From Candidatus Levybacteria bacterium GW2011_GWA1_37_16 (GTDB lineage Bacteria > Patescibacteriota > Microgenomatia > Levybacterales > UBA12049), in assembly GCA_943357985.1 (NCBI GenBank), contig CALRGR010000003.1, positions 6,496 through 70,495 of the forward strand: 64,000 nucleotides of DNA. The letters are read 5' to 3'. A program made the position numbers and the translations under genes. Positions 41,750-51,175 of this stretch are shown here, in pieces (position 1 is the first letter of the stretch; the number at the start of each line of letters is the position of its first letter). A model generated the notes under the pieces. The model worked only from the letters and a program-made list of their open reading frames with translations, was not told the DNA's origin and made no database searches.

Positions 41750-42880
41750 CTAAAGGGGCGGCTCAAGTTCTAGGGTTTTAATTTCCGGGAGTGACTTACC
41801 TATTATTCCCTGCAAATCTCCATACATTCCATGAGTACTGTCTAAAACTTTTCTTATTTCTTTTTCCTGCCTTGCCCATTTGGAATTAAACCATCTTTTT
41901 TCTCTTTCTAATTCGTCCTGCAAATTTCCAAAACCCTCAACAACTGCCTCAACCCTATGCTTAAATTCAGTACCCGTTAAGTATTTATACAGAACCTCCA
42001 TCTTTTCATTCTTTCCCTCTCCATTTGACCTTTCATGATTTAGACTTACCAAGTTATACCGCAAAGAAAGCGCAAGTGGAACTACAAACTTCCATGTAGT
42101 TATCCAAACTCCATCTTTGTAAGTAAAAGAATCTAAGAATTCCGGCTTATTTATTGTGACAAGGATTGCCAAATCTGACTTTTTAGCTCTTTGATCTTCT
42201 TTTAATTTTGCAATCCAGCCATTTTGCCACTGAGCATTTTTAGATTCCCAAAGAATTGTCCCGCAACTTCTTCCCAATTTATCTGTCACTTCATGAACAA
42301 TATCCGCTCCCCTTTCCCCTTTTTTAACTTCAAGAATATTATCCTGTGGAAATTCACTTTTTAGAATTCTTTCGAGTTCTAACTCCATTACTTCTCCTTG
42401 TGTTTGCTGAGAGCCTTGTTCCATTTTGGTTTTAAGCTCTTCAAGTTGTTTTAGGGTATCTGTAAGTTTTTTGTCCTTTTCCAAATCTTTGAATTGATGT
42501 TCATCTTCCGACTGCTTTCTGACTTCTTTTCTAATCTTCTCCTCCTCATCCATTATTTTTTGCTTCATTTCCAATTCCCTCTCTTCATCTTTGCGTCTTA
42601 AGGCTCTCATTTCTTCAAGAAGTTTGTCTAATTTTTCCGTGAGGCTTTTATTTCTATCTTTTTCTTCTGTGTTTTCTTTTTTTAAAGTTTCGAGGGATTG
42701 CTCAAATTCTTTTCCGACTTTCTTTTTAGCGACTTCTTCTGCTGCCAATTTTGTATCTTCGAGTTCTTTTTTGTGCTTTATTTCCAGCGTGAGCAAAACT
42801 TGTTCTTCTATCTGATGAGTTAAAGCTTCCGATACTTCAATTTCTGCCCCACACTTTTTACACTTTATAACATTATTCAT
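41750..42880 (-). CDS. DUF2130/RmuC-like protein: N-terminal CxxC knuckle, long charged coiled coil, C-terminal PD-(D/E)XK-like nuclease domain
   Basis: N-terminal MNNVIKCKKCGAEIEV, then a ~200-aa E/K-rich coiled coil. The C-terminal region carries GERGADIV and ILWESKN (E-x-K) motifs. It is 19 bp upstream of, and co-oriented with, the Cas4-like gene. Confidence 0.5.
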   Translation of the reverse strand: MNNVIKCKKCGAEIEVSEALTHQIEEQVLLTLEIKHKKELEDTKLAAEEVAKKKVGKEFEQSLETLKKENTEEKDRNKSLTEKLDKLLEEMRALRRKDEERELEMKQKIMDEEEKIRKEVRKQSEDEHQFKDLEKDKKLTDTLKQLEELKTKMEQGSQQTQGEVMELELERILKSEFPQDNILEVKKGERGADIVHEVTDKLGRSCGTILWESKNAQWQNGWIAKLKEDQRAKKSDLAILVTINKPEFLDSFTYKDGVWITTWKFVVPLALSLRYNLVSLNHERSNGEGKNEKMEVLYKYLTGTEFKHRVEAVVEGFGNLQDELEREKRWFNSKWARQEKEIRKVLDSTHGMYGDLQGIIGKSLPEIKTLELEPPL

Positions 42881-42896
42881 CTTGAAAGTTAATTAT

Positions 42897-42925
42897 AGCA
42901 CGGGGACTTGGCGGGGTTTTTATTT
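42897..42925 (+). repeat. Direct repeat copy 1 (GCACGGGGACTTGGCGGGGTTTTTATTTT)
   Basis: Near-identical to a copy at 43234-43261. The consensus is GGGGAYTTGGCGRGGTTTTT, preceded in both copies by ATTATA(G/T)CACG. Together they flank a gene remnant. Confidence 0.4.
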
Positions 42926-43023
42926 TAAGAAGCGTTTTGGAAAAGCGTACTATACAAAAGTGCATCTTCTGCAGCTTCTGGTTTATTTTCTTTTCTAATG
43001 TTTTGAATCTTACTAAGCTATTT

Positions 43024-43200
43024 AATTAAATAAGGTTTTAATTCTTTATTGTCTATTTCAGCTCTTCTCTTTAAAGCTTCTAAAAATCTTTCTGTTATAA
43101 CATCAGAGCCTCTATAATAACCCAATGCTACTCGTTTTAAATCAAGAGCGATAGCGCCTAAAACAGCTTTATTTTTATCTGATTTTGTAATTATCCTCTG
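43024..43200 (-). pseudogene. Start-less C-terminal gene remnant (about 59 codons; ...AVLGAIALDLKRVALGYYRGSDVITERFLEALKRRAEIDNKELKPYLIK*)
   Basis: Open frame with no ATG/GTG/TTG start, and an in-frame stop immediately upstream. It lies between the two direct repeats. Confidence 0.25.
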
Positions 43201-43233
43201 ACTTTCAAAATATTATATCACGATATTTATTTC

Positions 43234-43261
43234 CTGGGGATTTGGCGAGGTTTTTGCTTTT
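43234..43261 (+). repeat. Direct repeat copy 2 (CTGGGGATTTGGCGAGGTTTTTGCTTTT)
   Basis: Pairs with the copy at 42897-42925. It lies just upstream of a putative TTGACA-17-TATTAT promoter for the 43306 gene. Confidence 0.4.
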
Positions 43262-43305
43262 ATAAATTTGACAATAAATAAGCAAATGACTATTATAGGT
43301 CACCT

Positions 43306-43755
43306 ATGATACACGAAGCCCCCAAAAGAACATCAGAGCAAATTGCTGCGGGTTTAGTTGCTCAAGCACTAACAGCTCAACAAGAAGGCCTAGAAAAGGA
43401 AATTCCTGTATATCTAAAAGTTTCTATAGACTCACCCTCACTCGCTGCCAGATTTAAAGTCCCTGATATTTCAGGCAATCCTATATTGGGAGACATGCTC
43501 GATAGATTGTTAGTTGTAAATGACGATTTCTCAGTGTCATACGTGACTGGTTTTAATTCTTACGATGGCCATAAATATGAGCACTGGATAACTCCTTCCA
43601 AAAGATATCCAGGATTATTTACTATTACTGAATTCGCGATGAAAGGTAGACAAAGAGTAGCCGAAAGAGTTGGTATTTTAGTCAGCGGGACTAATTTAAT
43701 AGAATTTCAAAATTGGTCACATTTTTTCTACAACGTTATTCAGAAGGAAGCCTAA
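43306..43755 (+). CDS. Hypothetical protein (149 aa, soluble, no recognisable motifs)
   Basis: ORF with a plausible upstream promoter. It is the last gene of the accessory segment before glmS. Confidence 0.4.
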   Translation: MIHEAPKRTSEQIAAGLVAQALTAQQEGLEKEIPVYLKVSIDSPSLAARFKVPDISGNPILGDMLDRLLVVNDDFSVSYVTGFNSYDGHKYEHWITPSKRYPGLFTITEFAMKGRQRVAERVGILVSGTNLIEFQNWSHFFYNVIQKEA

Positions 43756-43758
43756 GTT

Positions 43759-45522
43759 TTATTTCACAGTAACGCTTTTGGCGAGGTTACGGGGCTTGTC
43801 CGGATCTAAATTAAGGTCGACTGCCATATAGTAAGCAAGTAGCTGAATTGCAACAATTTGCGCAATATAAGATGCTTCCTTTATATCTTTTACTTGCAAG
43901 AAATAATCAAACACAGGCTGATTTTTGTCTGCAATTCCAATTATTATTCCCCCTCTACTTTTAATTTCAATTGCGTTTGAAATTATTGACTCAAAGCTAT
44001 CATCATTTGGGGCAAATACAATAACAGGCGTGCCTTTGGAAATAAGAGCAATTGTCCCGTGTTTTAATTCCCCACCTGCCAGGCCTTCTGTTGGCACATA
44101 GCTTACTTCTTTTATCTTCAAAGCTGCCTCTAGTGCCGATGGATAAGAAACTCCTCTGCCGATTACATAGATATTTGACGCAATCGAAAGAAACTTTGCA
44201 ACTTGCTTGATTTGGGCCGAGTTTTTTTTCTCAAGTATTCGATCAATCTCATCTGCAGCCAGAAGCAATAGCTTTTTCGCGTCCGCAGTTTTTTCTACCA
44301 TTGCAAAAACTAACATTAGAAGAACGGAAAGTTTTGCAATGTATGCTTTTGTTGATGCAACTGCTTTTTCAGGTCCTGCGTTTAGAAGAATTTTAAAGTC
44401 TGCCATTCTGTAAATTGAAGATCCTAAAACATTTGTTATGGCAACAATCTTACTTCCTCTTACCTTTGCCCTATTTAATGGCTCTATAACATCAATAGTC
44501 TCTCCTGACTGAGACAGAGCAATAACTAAGCTTTCTTTATTTAGAAAATGTTCAAGGTAATTAAACTCGGATGCAACCGCGGTATTAACATGCGTTTCTG
44601 CAATTTTTGAAAAAAGGTATGTGCCAGTTAATCCTGCATGAAAAGCAGTTCCGGCTCCAATAAAGTATGTTCCTCTGGCTTTTTTTATAAGTTTTGAAAG
44701 AGCATTTATTTCATCTTCATAGTTTTCTGCAATATTTCTTATAACTAGCGGCTGCTCATAAATTTCTTTTATCATAAAATGAGGAAATTTACCCATACTT
44801 GATAGTTCAAATTTCCAAGTTACAGTTTCTGGCACAACTTCAAGCTGCTTACCAGAGGGGACCGAAATTAGCTCTATATCCTTACCTAAAATAACCATTT
44901 CATAATCTTTTAGGAAAATTACTTTTTTTGTTTTTTCTATAAAACTTGAAATATCGGAGGCCAGATAAAATTCGTCCTTTCCAAGACCTACAACCAAAGG
45001 AGAACCGTTTTTGACAGCTATAATTTCGCTTGAAGGAGCATATGCAATAACAATTGCATTAAGTCCTTTTAATTTATTGAAAGATTTTCTAACTGAAGTT
45101 GCAAATCCGCTGCTGCCCTTAAGATTTTCTTCAATAAGATGAGGAATAACTTCCGTATCGGTTTCTGAGACAAACTTATGTCCTTTTTTGATAAGTTCTT
45201 CTTTAAGCTGTTCGAAGTTTTCAACAATACCGTTGTGAACTACTGCAATTTCCTTGCGGCAATCAAGATGAGGATGTGAATTTGCAACAGTTACGCCACC
45301 GTGAGTTGCCCAGCGGGTATGACCAATTGCTAAATTGCTTTTTGGCAAATTCACACTTGCCCCTCCAATTTTACCAACGTGTTTATCAACTGCAAGATTT
45401 TTGCCTTTTTTAACTGCAATTCCCCAAGAATCGTATCCTCTATATTCAAGAATTTTTAAACCTTCGAACGCTATATTAGCAGCGTCATTTTTATTACCGA
45501 TATAAGCAAATATTCCACACAT
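43759..45522 (-). CDS. glmS: Glutamine--fructose-6-phosphate aminotransferase
   Basis: N-terminal nucleophile MCGIFAYIG, two SIS domains, and the C-terminal ...VK. Confidence 0.95.
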   Translation of the reverse strand: MCGIFAYIGNKNDAANIAFEGLKILEYRGYDSWGIAVKKGKNLAVDKHVGKIGGASVNLPKSNLAIGHTRWATHGGVTVANSHPHLDCRKEIAVVHNGIVENFEQLKEELIKKGHKFVSETDTEVIPHLIEENLKGSSGFATSVRKSFNKLKGLNAIVIAYAPSSEIIAVKNGSPLVVGLGKDEFYLASDISSFIEKTKKVIFLKDYEMVILGKDIELISVPSGKQLEVVPETVTWKFELSSMGKFPHFMIKEIYEQPLVIRNIAENYEDEINALSKLIKKARGTYFIGAGTAFHAGLTGTYLFSKIAETHVNTAVASEFNYLEHFLNKESLVIALSQSGETIDVIEPLNRAKVRGSKIVAITNVLGSSIYRMADFKILLNAGPEKAVASTKAYIAKLSVLLMLVFAMVEKTADAKKLLLLAADEIDRILEKKNSAQIKQVAKFLSIASNIYVIGRGVSYPSALEAALKIKEVSYVPTEGLAGGELKHGTIALISKGTPVIVFAPNDDSFESIISNAIEIKSRGGIIIGIADKNQPVFDYFLQVKDIKEASYIAQIVAIQLLAYYMAVDLNLDPDKPRNLAKSVTVK

Positions 45523-45523
45523 A

Positions 45524-45991
45524 TTATTCCTTTACTAAATCGACCAACTTGTTAAGATTTTTAATCACTGCGTCTGCCTGGTAGTCCGTTGGCTCGTCTC
45601 CTTTCCAAATTCTTTTTTCTCTATCTATAAAAACCGTAAAAACTGCAGGCGAATGTTTTTTAACCTTTTCAAGAATAGATGACCTGTCATCAACCAAGAA
45701 AATTTGATGGTCTTTATATTTCTCTATTACCTGAGGAATTGGCGTAGTTTTTTCCAGGAAGATATGAATGTCTTCCTCGTTGAAGTTTTTCAATATATCA
45801 GTCTTGAGAAGTTTATTTCGCTGAAGCTCTATGTTTCCTTCTGAAAATATTCCAAGAGTCGCATAGGTCGCTATTTCCACCAAAACTCCAACAACTTCTT
45901 CATACAAAGTGTGCTTTGTAAGATCGCTTTCTTTAAAAAGGTCTGTGTCAAACAAAGTGTAGTCAATGTCAAAGAGAACTATTTTTTTCAT
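45524..45991 (-). CDS. HAD-superfamily hydrolase (small)
   Basis: Motif I LFDIDYTLFD (DxDxT) and a downstream Asp-rich motif IV (FLVDD). Confidence 0.6.
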   Translation of the reverse strand: MKKIVLFDIDYTLFDTDLFKESDLTKHTLYEEVVGVLVEIATYATLGIFSEGNIELQRNKLLKTDILKNFNEEDIHIFLEKTTPIPQVIEKYKDHQIFLVDDRSSILEKVKKHSPAVFTVFIDREKRIWKGDEPTDYQADAVIKNLNKLVDLVKE

Positions 45992-46001
45992 AATTTGTAG
46001 A

Positions 46002-47258
46002 TTATTTCTTCTCTATAATCTCCTGAAATTTCGCGTAGTAAGTAACATCATCTTCAATGTTTTTAAAAACACTGGTAGACGGACCAATTGTGACGTTATT
46101 ACCAATTATGACACCAGGCATTATAGAAACTTTTATTCCAATTTTTACATTGTTTCCAATTATCGCGCCCAGGCTGATAAGGCCAGTGTCTACTTTTGAA
46201 CCTTTTACTACTGCCTGAATATTTTTCCTGTCTATTTTTCTGTTTGCGGTTGTAAAGGCAGAACCAATTTTACAACTTGAACCAACAATTGAATCTCCTA
46301 CAAATCCTGAATGAATGCTCGTCCCTTTCATAAAAAGGCTGTTTTTAATTTCTGTAAACGCTCCAACCGATACTCCCTCTTCTAAATCTGACTCATTTCT
46401 AATAAGAGAATTTGTTCCAATATATACATCTTTACCAATGTAAGCTGGTCCCTTAATTTTTGCTCCTTCAAGGATTTGCGCTCCGCTTTCAATAATTACA
46501 TTATCATCAATCTCAGCGCTCTTTGAAATTTTTGCGCTTTCGTCTATCCTTCCCACAATATCTTTCATCAGTAAATTTTTTGTTGCAAGCAAATCCCAAG
46601 GGTACTTTAAAGTTGATGTTTCAAATTCTATCTGTCCAACATCAATTGAATTTTCCTTTACGTAAAGCTCAAGTACCTCTTGTTCAAAATTAAATTCGGA
46701 CATTTTTACTTGTCTTACCGTCTCAATAATATCCGTTGATAATAAAAATGCATTAACTAAACACAGATCCGATGGTTCCTCTCCCTTCTTAGGCTTTTCA
46801 ACTATGCGTACGAGCTTTCCGTCTTTAACAACAACTACTCCATAATCCCAAGGATTTTCTCTTTTATTTACAAGGATTACGCCCTTGGACCCACCTTTTC
46901 GAGCTTTTAACAATTCGTAAACAAGTTTTTTACTGGTAACGTGATTTCCACCAATGAGAATAAAATCGCCATCGAGGAATTTCTCTGCATTAAGAAGAAC
47001 CTCTCCCATTCCCAATGCTTCTTTTTGCTCAATGTAGTTTATGAAGAGGCCGGAGGCCGAACCATCACCAAAATAATTCTTAATTACTCCGTCTTCGCTT
47101 ACTCTTAAAATTATGTCTTTTATTCCTGCTTCTTTTAATCCCTCAAGCGTATATTCAAGAATTGGCTTTCCCATAATTTTACTCATGGTTTTATGAGCCA
47201 CTCTTGAGTATGGATAAAATCTGCTTGAATAACCGCCTGCTAAAACAACTGCTTTCAT
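46002..47258 (-). CDS. glmU: Sugar-1-phosphate nucleotidyltransferase fused to a left-handed beta-helix acetyltransferase (GlmU-like)
   Basis: Nucleotidyltransferase motif MKAVVLAGGYSSRF and C-terminal hexapeptide repeats (IGNNVKIGIKVSIMPGVIIGNNVTIG). Start set at MKAVVLAGG to avoid overlap with murA. Confidence 0.65.
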   Translation of the reverse strand: MKAVVLAGGYSSRFYPYSRVAHKTMSKIMGKPILEYTLEGLKEAGIKDIILRVSEDGVIKNYFGDGSASGLFINYIEQKEALGMGEVLLNAEKFLDGDFILIGGNHVTSKKLVYELLKARKGGSKGVILVNKRENPWDYGVVVVKDGKLVRIVEKPKKGEEPSDLCLVNAFLLSTDIIETVRQVKMSEFNFEQEVLELYVKENSIDVGQIEFETSTLKYPWDLLATKNLLMKDIVGRIDESAKISKSAEIDDNVIIESGAQILEGAKIKGPAYIGKDVYIGTNSLIRNESDLEEGVSVGAFTEIKNSLFMKGTSIHSGFVGDSIVGSSCKIGSAFTTANRKIDRKNIQAVVKGSKVDTGLISLGAIIGNNVKIGIKVSIMPGVIIGNNVTIGPSTSVFKNIEDDVTYYAKFQEIIEKK

Positions 47259-47259
47259 A

Positions 47260-48588
47260 TTATTCTTTAATCCTTTTAATATCTGCTCCCAAACTCTTAA
47301 GTCTTTTTTCAAAATTTTCATAACCGCGGTCCAAATGTTCAACCCCAAAAACTACACTTTCGCCCTTTGCAGAAAGTGCAGCCAAAACTAAAGTTGCGCC
47401 TGCTCTTAAATCTGATATTTCTACAACCGCATTATGAAGATTTGTGGGTCCCGTAATTTTAGCAGCATGCTTAAACTCCGCTTTATTGTCAGAAAGGTTA
47501 AAATTGTAAACTTCTTGTGGATTTTTAACTTCTGGATTAAAAAGCTCTATCTTTGCTCCCATTTTTAAAAGCTGATTAACATAGTTAAATCTACTTTCAT
47601 AAACTGTTTCATGAATTACTGACTCTCCTCTGGCTTTAGTCATAAGAACTGCCCATGGACCCTGCCAGTCAGTCATGAAGCCGGGATAAAAAGATGTTGT
47701 AGCATCTGTTGCCTTAAGATCATCCTTATAGAAAAATCTTAAATCTTTTCCTTTTTCCTCAAATTGTCCTCCAGCCTGCTTGAATTTTTCTAAAAATTCT
47801 ACAAGCTCCTGTTTCTTTACGTCTTTTACCGTTATATCTCCCTCTGTTATAATCGCCGCAATTGCAAAGGTGACTATTTCATTTCTGTCAGGCGCGATTG
47901 AAAATCTTGTACCATGAAGTTTTTCTACACCTTCAACTACAATTTTTCTTTTGGAAATTCTTTTAACTCTTGCTCCCATTCTATTTAGAAATTCAATTAA
48001 TTCATCAACTTCCGGTTCCTGCGCTGCATTATCTAAAACCGTCTTTCCTTTTGCCAAAACTGCTGCCATAAGAAGAGTCTCAGTGCCCGTGTGCGTGTTT
48101 TTCTCGAATCTATAAGCGGCCCCCTTAAGCCCGTTGCTTGCTTTAATATGAAAGAATCCATCTTTACTGTTATATGTTGCGTTAACTCCCATTTTTTTAA
48201 GACCTAAAATAGTTCTGTCAATTGGCCTGGCTCCAATTCTGCAACCTCCTGGGTTTGGAATTATCGCGCTATTTGTACGTGCTAAAAGCGGAGCAACAAA
48301 CATAGCGGAAGTTCTTACTTCCGCAGCAGCTTGCAACGCAATTTTTTCCTTTTTGAATTCTTCCATTTGAATATAAGCGGTATGATCTTGAATTCTCACC
48401 TTTCCACCCAACTCTTTAACGATATCTATCATTACCTGAAAATCCGAAATGTGAGGAATATTATCAATAATGACTTCTTCTGCTGTAAGACATGATGCCA
48501 CCACAACTTTAAGAGCCACATTTTTGGCACCTGAGATAACTACGCTTCCTTTAAGTTTTTTTCCGCCTTTTATAACAAATTTGTCCAT
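47260..48588 (-). CDS. murA: UDP-N-acetylglucosamine 1-carboxyvinyltransferase
   Basis: N-terminus MDKFVIKGGKKLKGSVVISGAKNVALK and the active-site Cys region (GGCRIG). Confidence 0.9.
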   Translation of the reverse strand: MDKFVIKGGKKLKGSVVISGAKNVALKVVVASCLTAEEVIIDNIPHISDFQVMIDIVKELGGKVRIQDHTAYIQMEEFKKEKIALQAAAEVRTSAMFVAPLLARTNSAIIPNPGGCRIGARPIDRTILGLKKMGVNATYNSKDGFFHIKASNGLKGAAYRFEKNTHTGTETLLMAAVLAKGKTVLDNAAQEPEVDELIEFLNRMGARVKRISKRKIVVEGVEKLHGTRFSIAPDRNEIVTFAIAAIITEGDITVKDVKKQELVEFLEKFKQAGGQFEEKGKDLRFFYKDDLKATDATTSFYPGFMTDWQGPWAVLMTKARGESVIHETVYESRFNYVNQLLKMGAKIELFNPEVKNPQEVYNFNLSDNKAEFKHAAKITGPTNLHNAVVEISDLRAGATLVLAALSAKGESVVFGVEHLDRGYENFEKRLKSLGADIKRIKE

Positions 48589-49982
48589 ATTTTATAAATA
48601 TCTCCAGCACCCATTGTTACAACAATAGTACCCTTATCGTATCCCTTTTTAGATAGATATTCTATCACATTGGCAAGCGTAGGCAAAAATACAACATCCC
48701 CATGAACTTTAGCCACTTCGGAAGCCAGAAGCGCAGATGAAACAGTTAGGTCAGCCTCTTCTCTAAGCGAAGCGTATATATTTGTTAGTATAATAGTATT
48801 TGCGTCCGCAAATGAGGTTTTAAACTGTTCGAACAATGATTTTGTTCTAGAATACGTATGCGGCTGAAAAATACAGACAATTCTCTGTTTTGGAAATGTT
48901 TTTTTGAACGCTCTGAGAGTTTTTTTAATTTCTGTTGGATGATGTGCATAATCATCAAAAGCCATTGCGCCGCTTGGTAATTTCCCCACAAACTCAAATC
49001 TTCTTTTGCTTCCGCTATATTTTGAGATACCCAACTTTATTTTTTCTATTGATATCCCAAGCTCGGCAGCTACGACAATGGCAGCTAACGCATTTACAGC
49101 ATTGTGTTCTCCCGGCACGCCAACAGAAAATTCCCCAAAATTCATTTCTCTTCCATTTACCCAAAAGAATGTTTTCTCGCCTGAAATACTAATTCTCTCA
49201 AGATGAAAATCATTCTTTGAAGAAAGACCGAATGTAACAACTCTGCCTTTGTATTCTTTTAGAAAAATTGACACTTGCTCATCGTCTCCATTTGCTATTA
49301 AGACTCCGTTTGAAGGCAAACTGTTTGCAAATTTAGCAAAAACCCCCCTCATATCATCTATTGCAGAGTAAACATCCGGATGATCAAACTCTATATTTGT
49401 AAAAACTGCAATTCTTGGATGCTGCCATAAAAACTTTACAGTTTTATCATATTTTGGATCTGTTATATACTCATCTGCTTCTGCCACAAAATATTTTCCA
49501 CGACCAAAATGCCCCGAGCTACCCAAGGATGGAATATTTCCTGTTCCAATAACATATGTTGGATCAAGTCCTACTTCTTTTATAATTGTTGCAATCATAG
49601 CCGTTGTAGTGGTCTTACCATGCGCACCTGCAACAGATATGCCTTCGAATCGCTTGTCGATAACCGAGCCTTCCATAAATGCGCCGACTGCTTCTCCCTG
49701 CATTAATACCTTAATTCCATTTGAAAGCGCAGCTTTTACCTCAACGTTATCTCTCCCACCGTGTGCTCCACTTGCAATAACCAAATCAACATCTGCAACA
49801 TGCTCACTATCAAAACCTTCAAACACGGCTATATCTGCTTTTTTTAAACCCTCATCTGTTATAAACTCTTCGGCAATGTCGGAACCGGTTACCTTAATTC
49901 CAGCTTCCTTAGCAATAATCGCAAGAGGTGCAGTTCCAACTCCTTTTATTCCAACAAAATGTATTGATTTTATTTTCTTCAT
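48570..49982 (-). CDS. murC: UDP-N-acetylmuramate--L-alanine ligase
   Basis: N-terminal IHFVGIKGVGTAPLAIIAKEAG (MurC-type Rossmann) and the P-loop GAHGKTTTTAM. Confidence 0.85.
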   Translation of the reverse strand: MKKIKSIHFVGIKGVGTAPLAIIAKEAGIKVTGSDIAEEFITDEGLKKADIAVFEGFDSEHVADVDLVIASGAHGGRDNVEVKAALSNGIKVLMQGEAVGAFMEGSVIDKRFEGISVAGAHGKTTTTAMIATIIKEVGLDPTYVIGTGNIPSLGSSGHFGRGKYFVAEADEYITDPKYDKTVKFLWQHPRIAVFTNIEFDHPDVYSAIDDMRGVFAKFANSLPSNGVLIANGDDEQVSIFLKEYKGRVVTFGLSSKNDFHLERISISGEKTFFWVNGREMNFGEFSVGVPGEHNAVNALAAIVVAAELGISIEKIKLGISKYSGSKRRFEFVGKLPSGAMAFDDYAHHPTEIKKTLRAFKKTFPKQRIVCIFQPHTYSRTKSLFEQFKTSFADANTIILTNIYASLREEADLTVSSALLASEVAKVHGDVVFLPTLANVIEYLSKKGYDKGTIVVTMGAGDIYKIWTNLL

Positions 49983-51175
49983 AACTTCTTAAGGGCTTTT
50001 GCTACTGCTTCATATTCATCCCATGGTTCTTCTCCATTGCCTAAATTCATTGATTTTTCATGACTTTTTCCCGTTAGGATAACCAAATCTCCCTTTCTTG
50101 CTATTCTAATAGCCTCATCAATTGCTTTCTGTCTGTCAGAAATTTTAATAAGAGTTTTGTTCTTGATTCTCTTGTCTTTATTTCTAATTCCCTTTTCTAT
50201 ATCATCCGCAATTTTATCTACGCTTTCTCCGCGGGGATCTTCACTTGTCAAAATAATAACATCTGAAAATCTGTCTGAAGCATCCCCCATAAGAGGTCTT
50301 TTTGTACTGTCTCTTTTTCCTGCGCTTCCAAAAACATGAATAATCCTTCCATTAGTCTCTTTTCTTGCCAATTTCAAGAGTTTCTCAAAAGAGTTAGGAG
50401 TGTGCGCAAAATCAATCATAACTCTAAATGGACCTTCAAAAACTATTTCTTGCCTTCCTTTTGGAAGTTTAAAACTCTCAACTGCTTCTTCGATATTTTC
50501 CTTAGAAATTCCCAGAACAGTACAGACAGAAGCTGCTGCCAATATGTTATAATTATTAAATTGTCCGAAAACATTCTTTTCAAAAGAAAAATCCTTTATT
50601 GAAAAATCAGCATCTTTTGAAATCCCATAAGTCAGAAATCTGGAGGAAGCTTTATCTTTTGAAATTATCTTAAAAGAATCATCATCAATGTTTGTTATGG
50701 ATATTTTTGCTTTTTTTAAAAGTTTAAGCTTTGTTGAAACATAATTTTCATAAGTTTTGTGGTAGTCCAAATGCTCATTTGTAACATTTGTTAAAACTGC
50801 GCCTTCAAAATTTATTCCCCATACTCTATGCTGATCTAAAGCATGAGACGTTACTTCCAAAACTACGTATTTTTTGCGCTTCTCTTTAAGATTTGAAATT
50901 CTTTTAAAAAGTTTTTGAATTGTCCACTCGGATGGAGTTGTTACATGAAGACCTATGTCTTCATAAAGCCCTTCAACAGATGCTCCCACCGTTGAAATCA
51001 TTGAGGAATTTAATCCCGCCTTGGTTAGGATGTGATGAATTAGGTTTACAGTAGTTGTTTTACCGTCTGTACCGGTCACTCCAACAACTATCAAATCTTT
51101 GGAAGGGAAACCGTACCAAATATTAGCAACTATTGCGCTAAGCAAATGATAAATATTTTTAATTTCTTGAAGCAT
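49979..51175 (-). CDS. murE: Mur ligase, MurE-like (UDP-MurNAc-L-Ala-D-Glu--diamino acid ligase), lacking the typical N-terminal domain
   Basis: P-loop VGVTGTDGKTTT, motifs HVTTPS and DYHKTYENYVSTK, at about 400 aa. Confidence 0.6.
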   Translation of the reverse strand: MLQEIKNIYHLLSAIVANIWYGFPSKDLIVVGVTGTDGKTTTVNLIHHILTKAGLNSSMISTVGASVEGLYEDIGLHVTTPSEWTIQKLFKRISNLKEKRKKYVVLEVTSHALDQHRVWGINFEGAVLTNVTNEHLDYHKTYENYVSTKLKLLKKAKISITNIDDDSFKIISKDKASSRFLTYGISKDADFSIKDFSFEKNVFGQFNNYNILAAASVCTVLGISKENIEEAVESFKLPKGRQEIVFEGPFRVMIDFAHTPNSFEKLLKLARKETNGRIIHVFGSAGKRDSTKRPLMGDASDRFSDVIILTSEDPRGESVDKIADDIEKGIRNKDKRIKNKTLIKISDRQKAIDEAIRIARKGDLVILTGKSHEKSMNLGNGEEPWDEYEAVAKALKKL

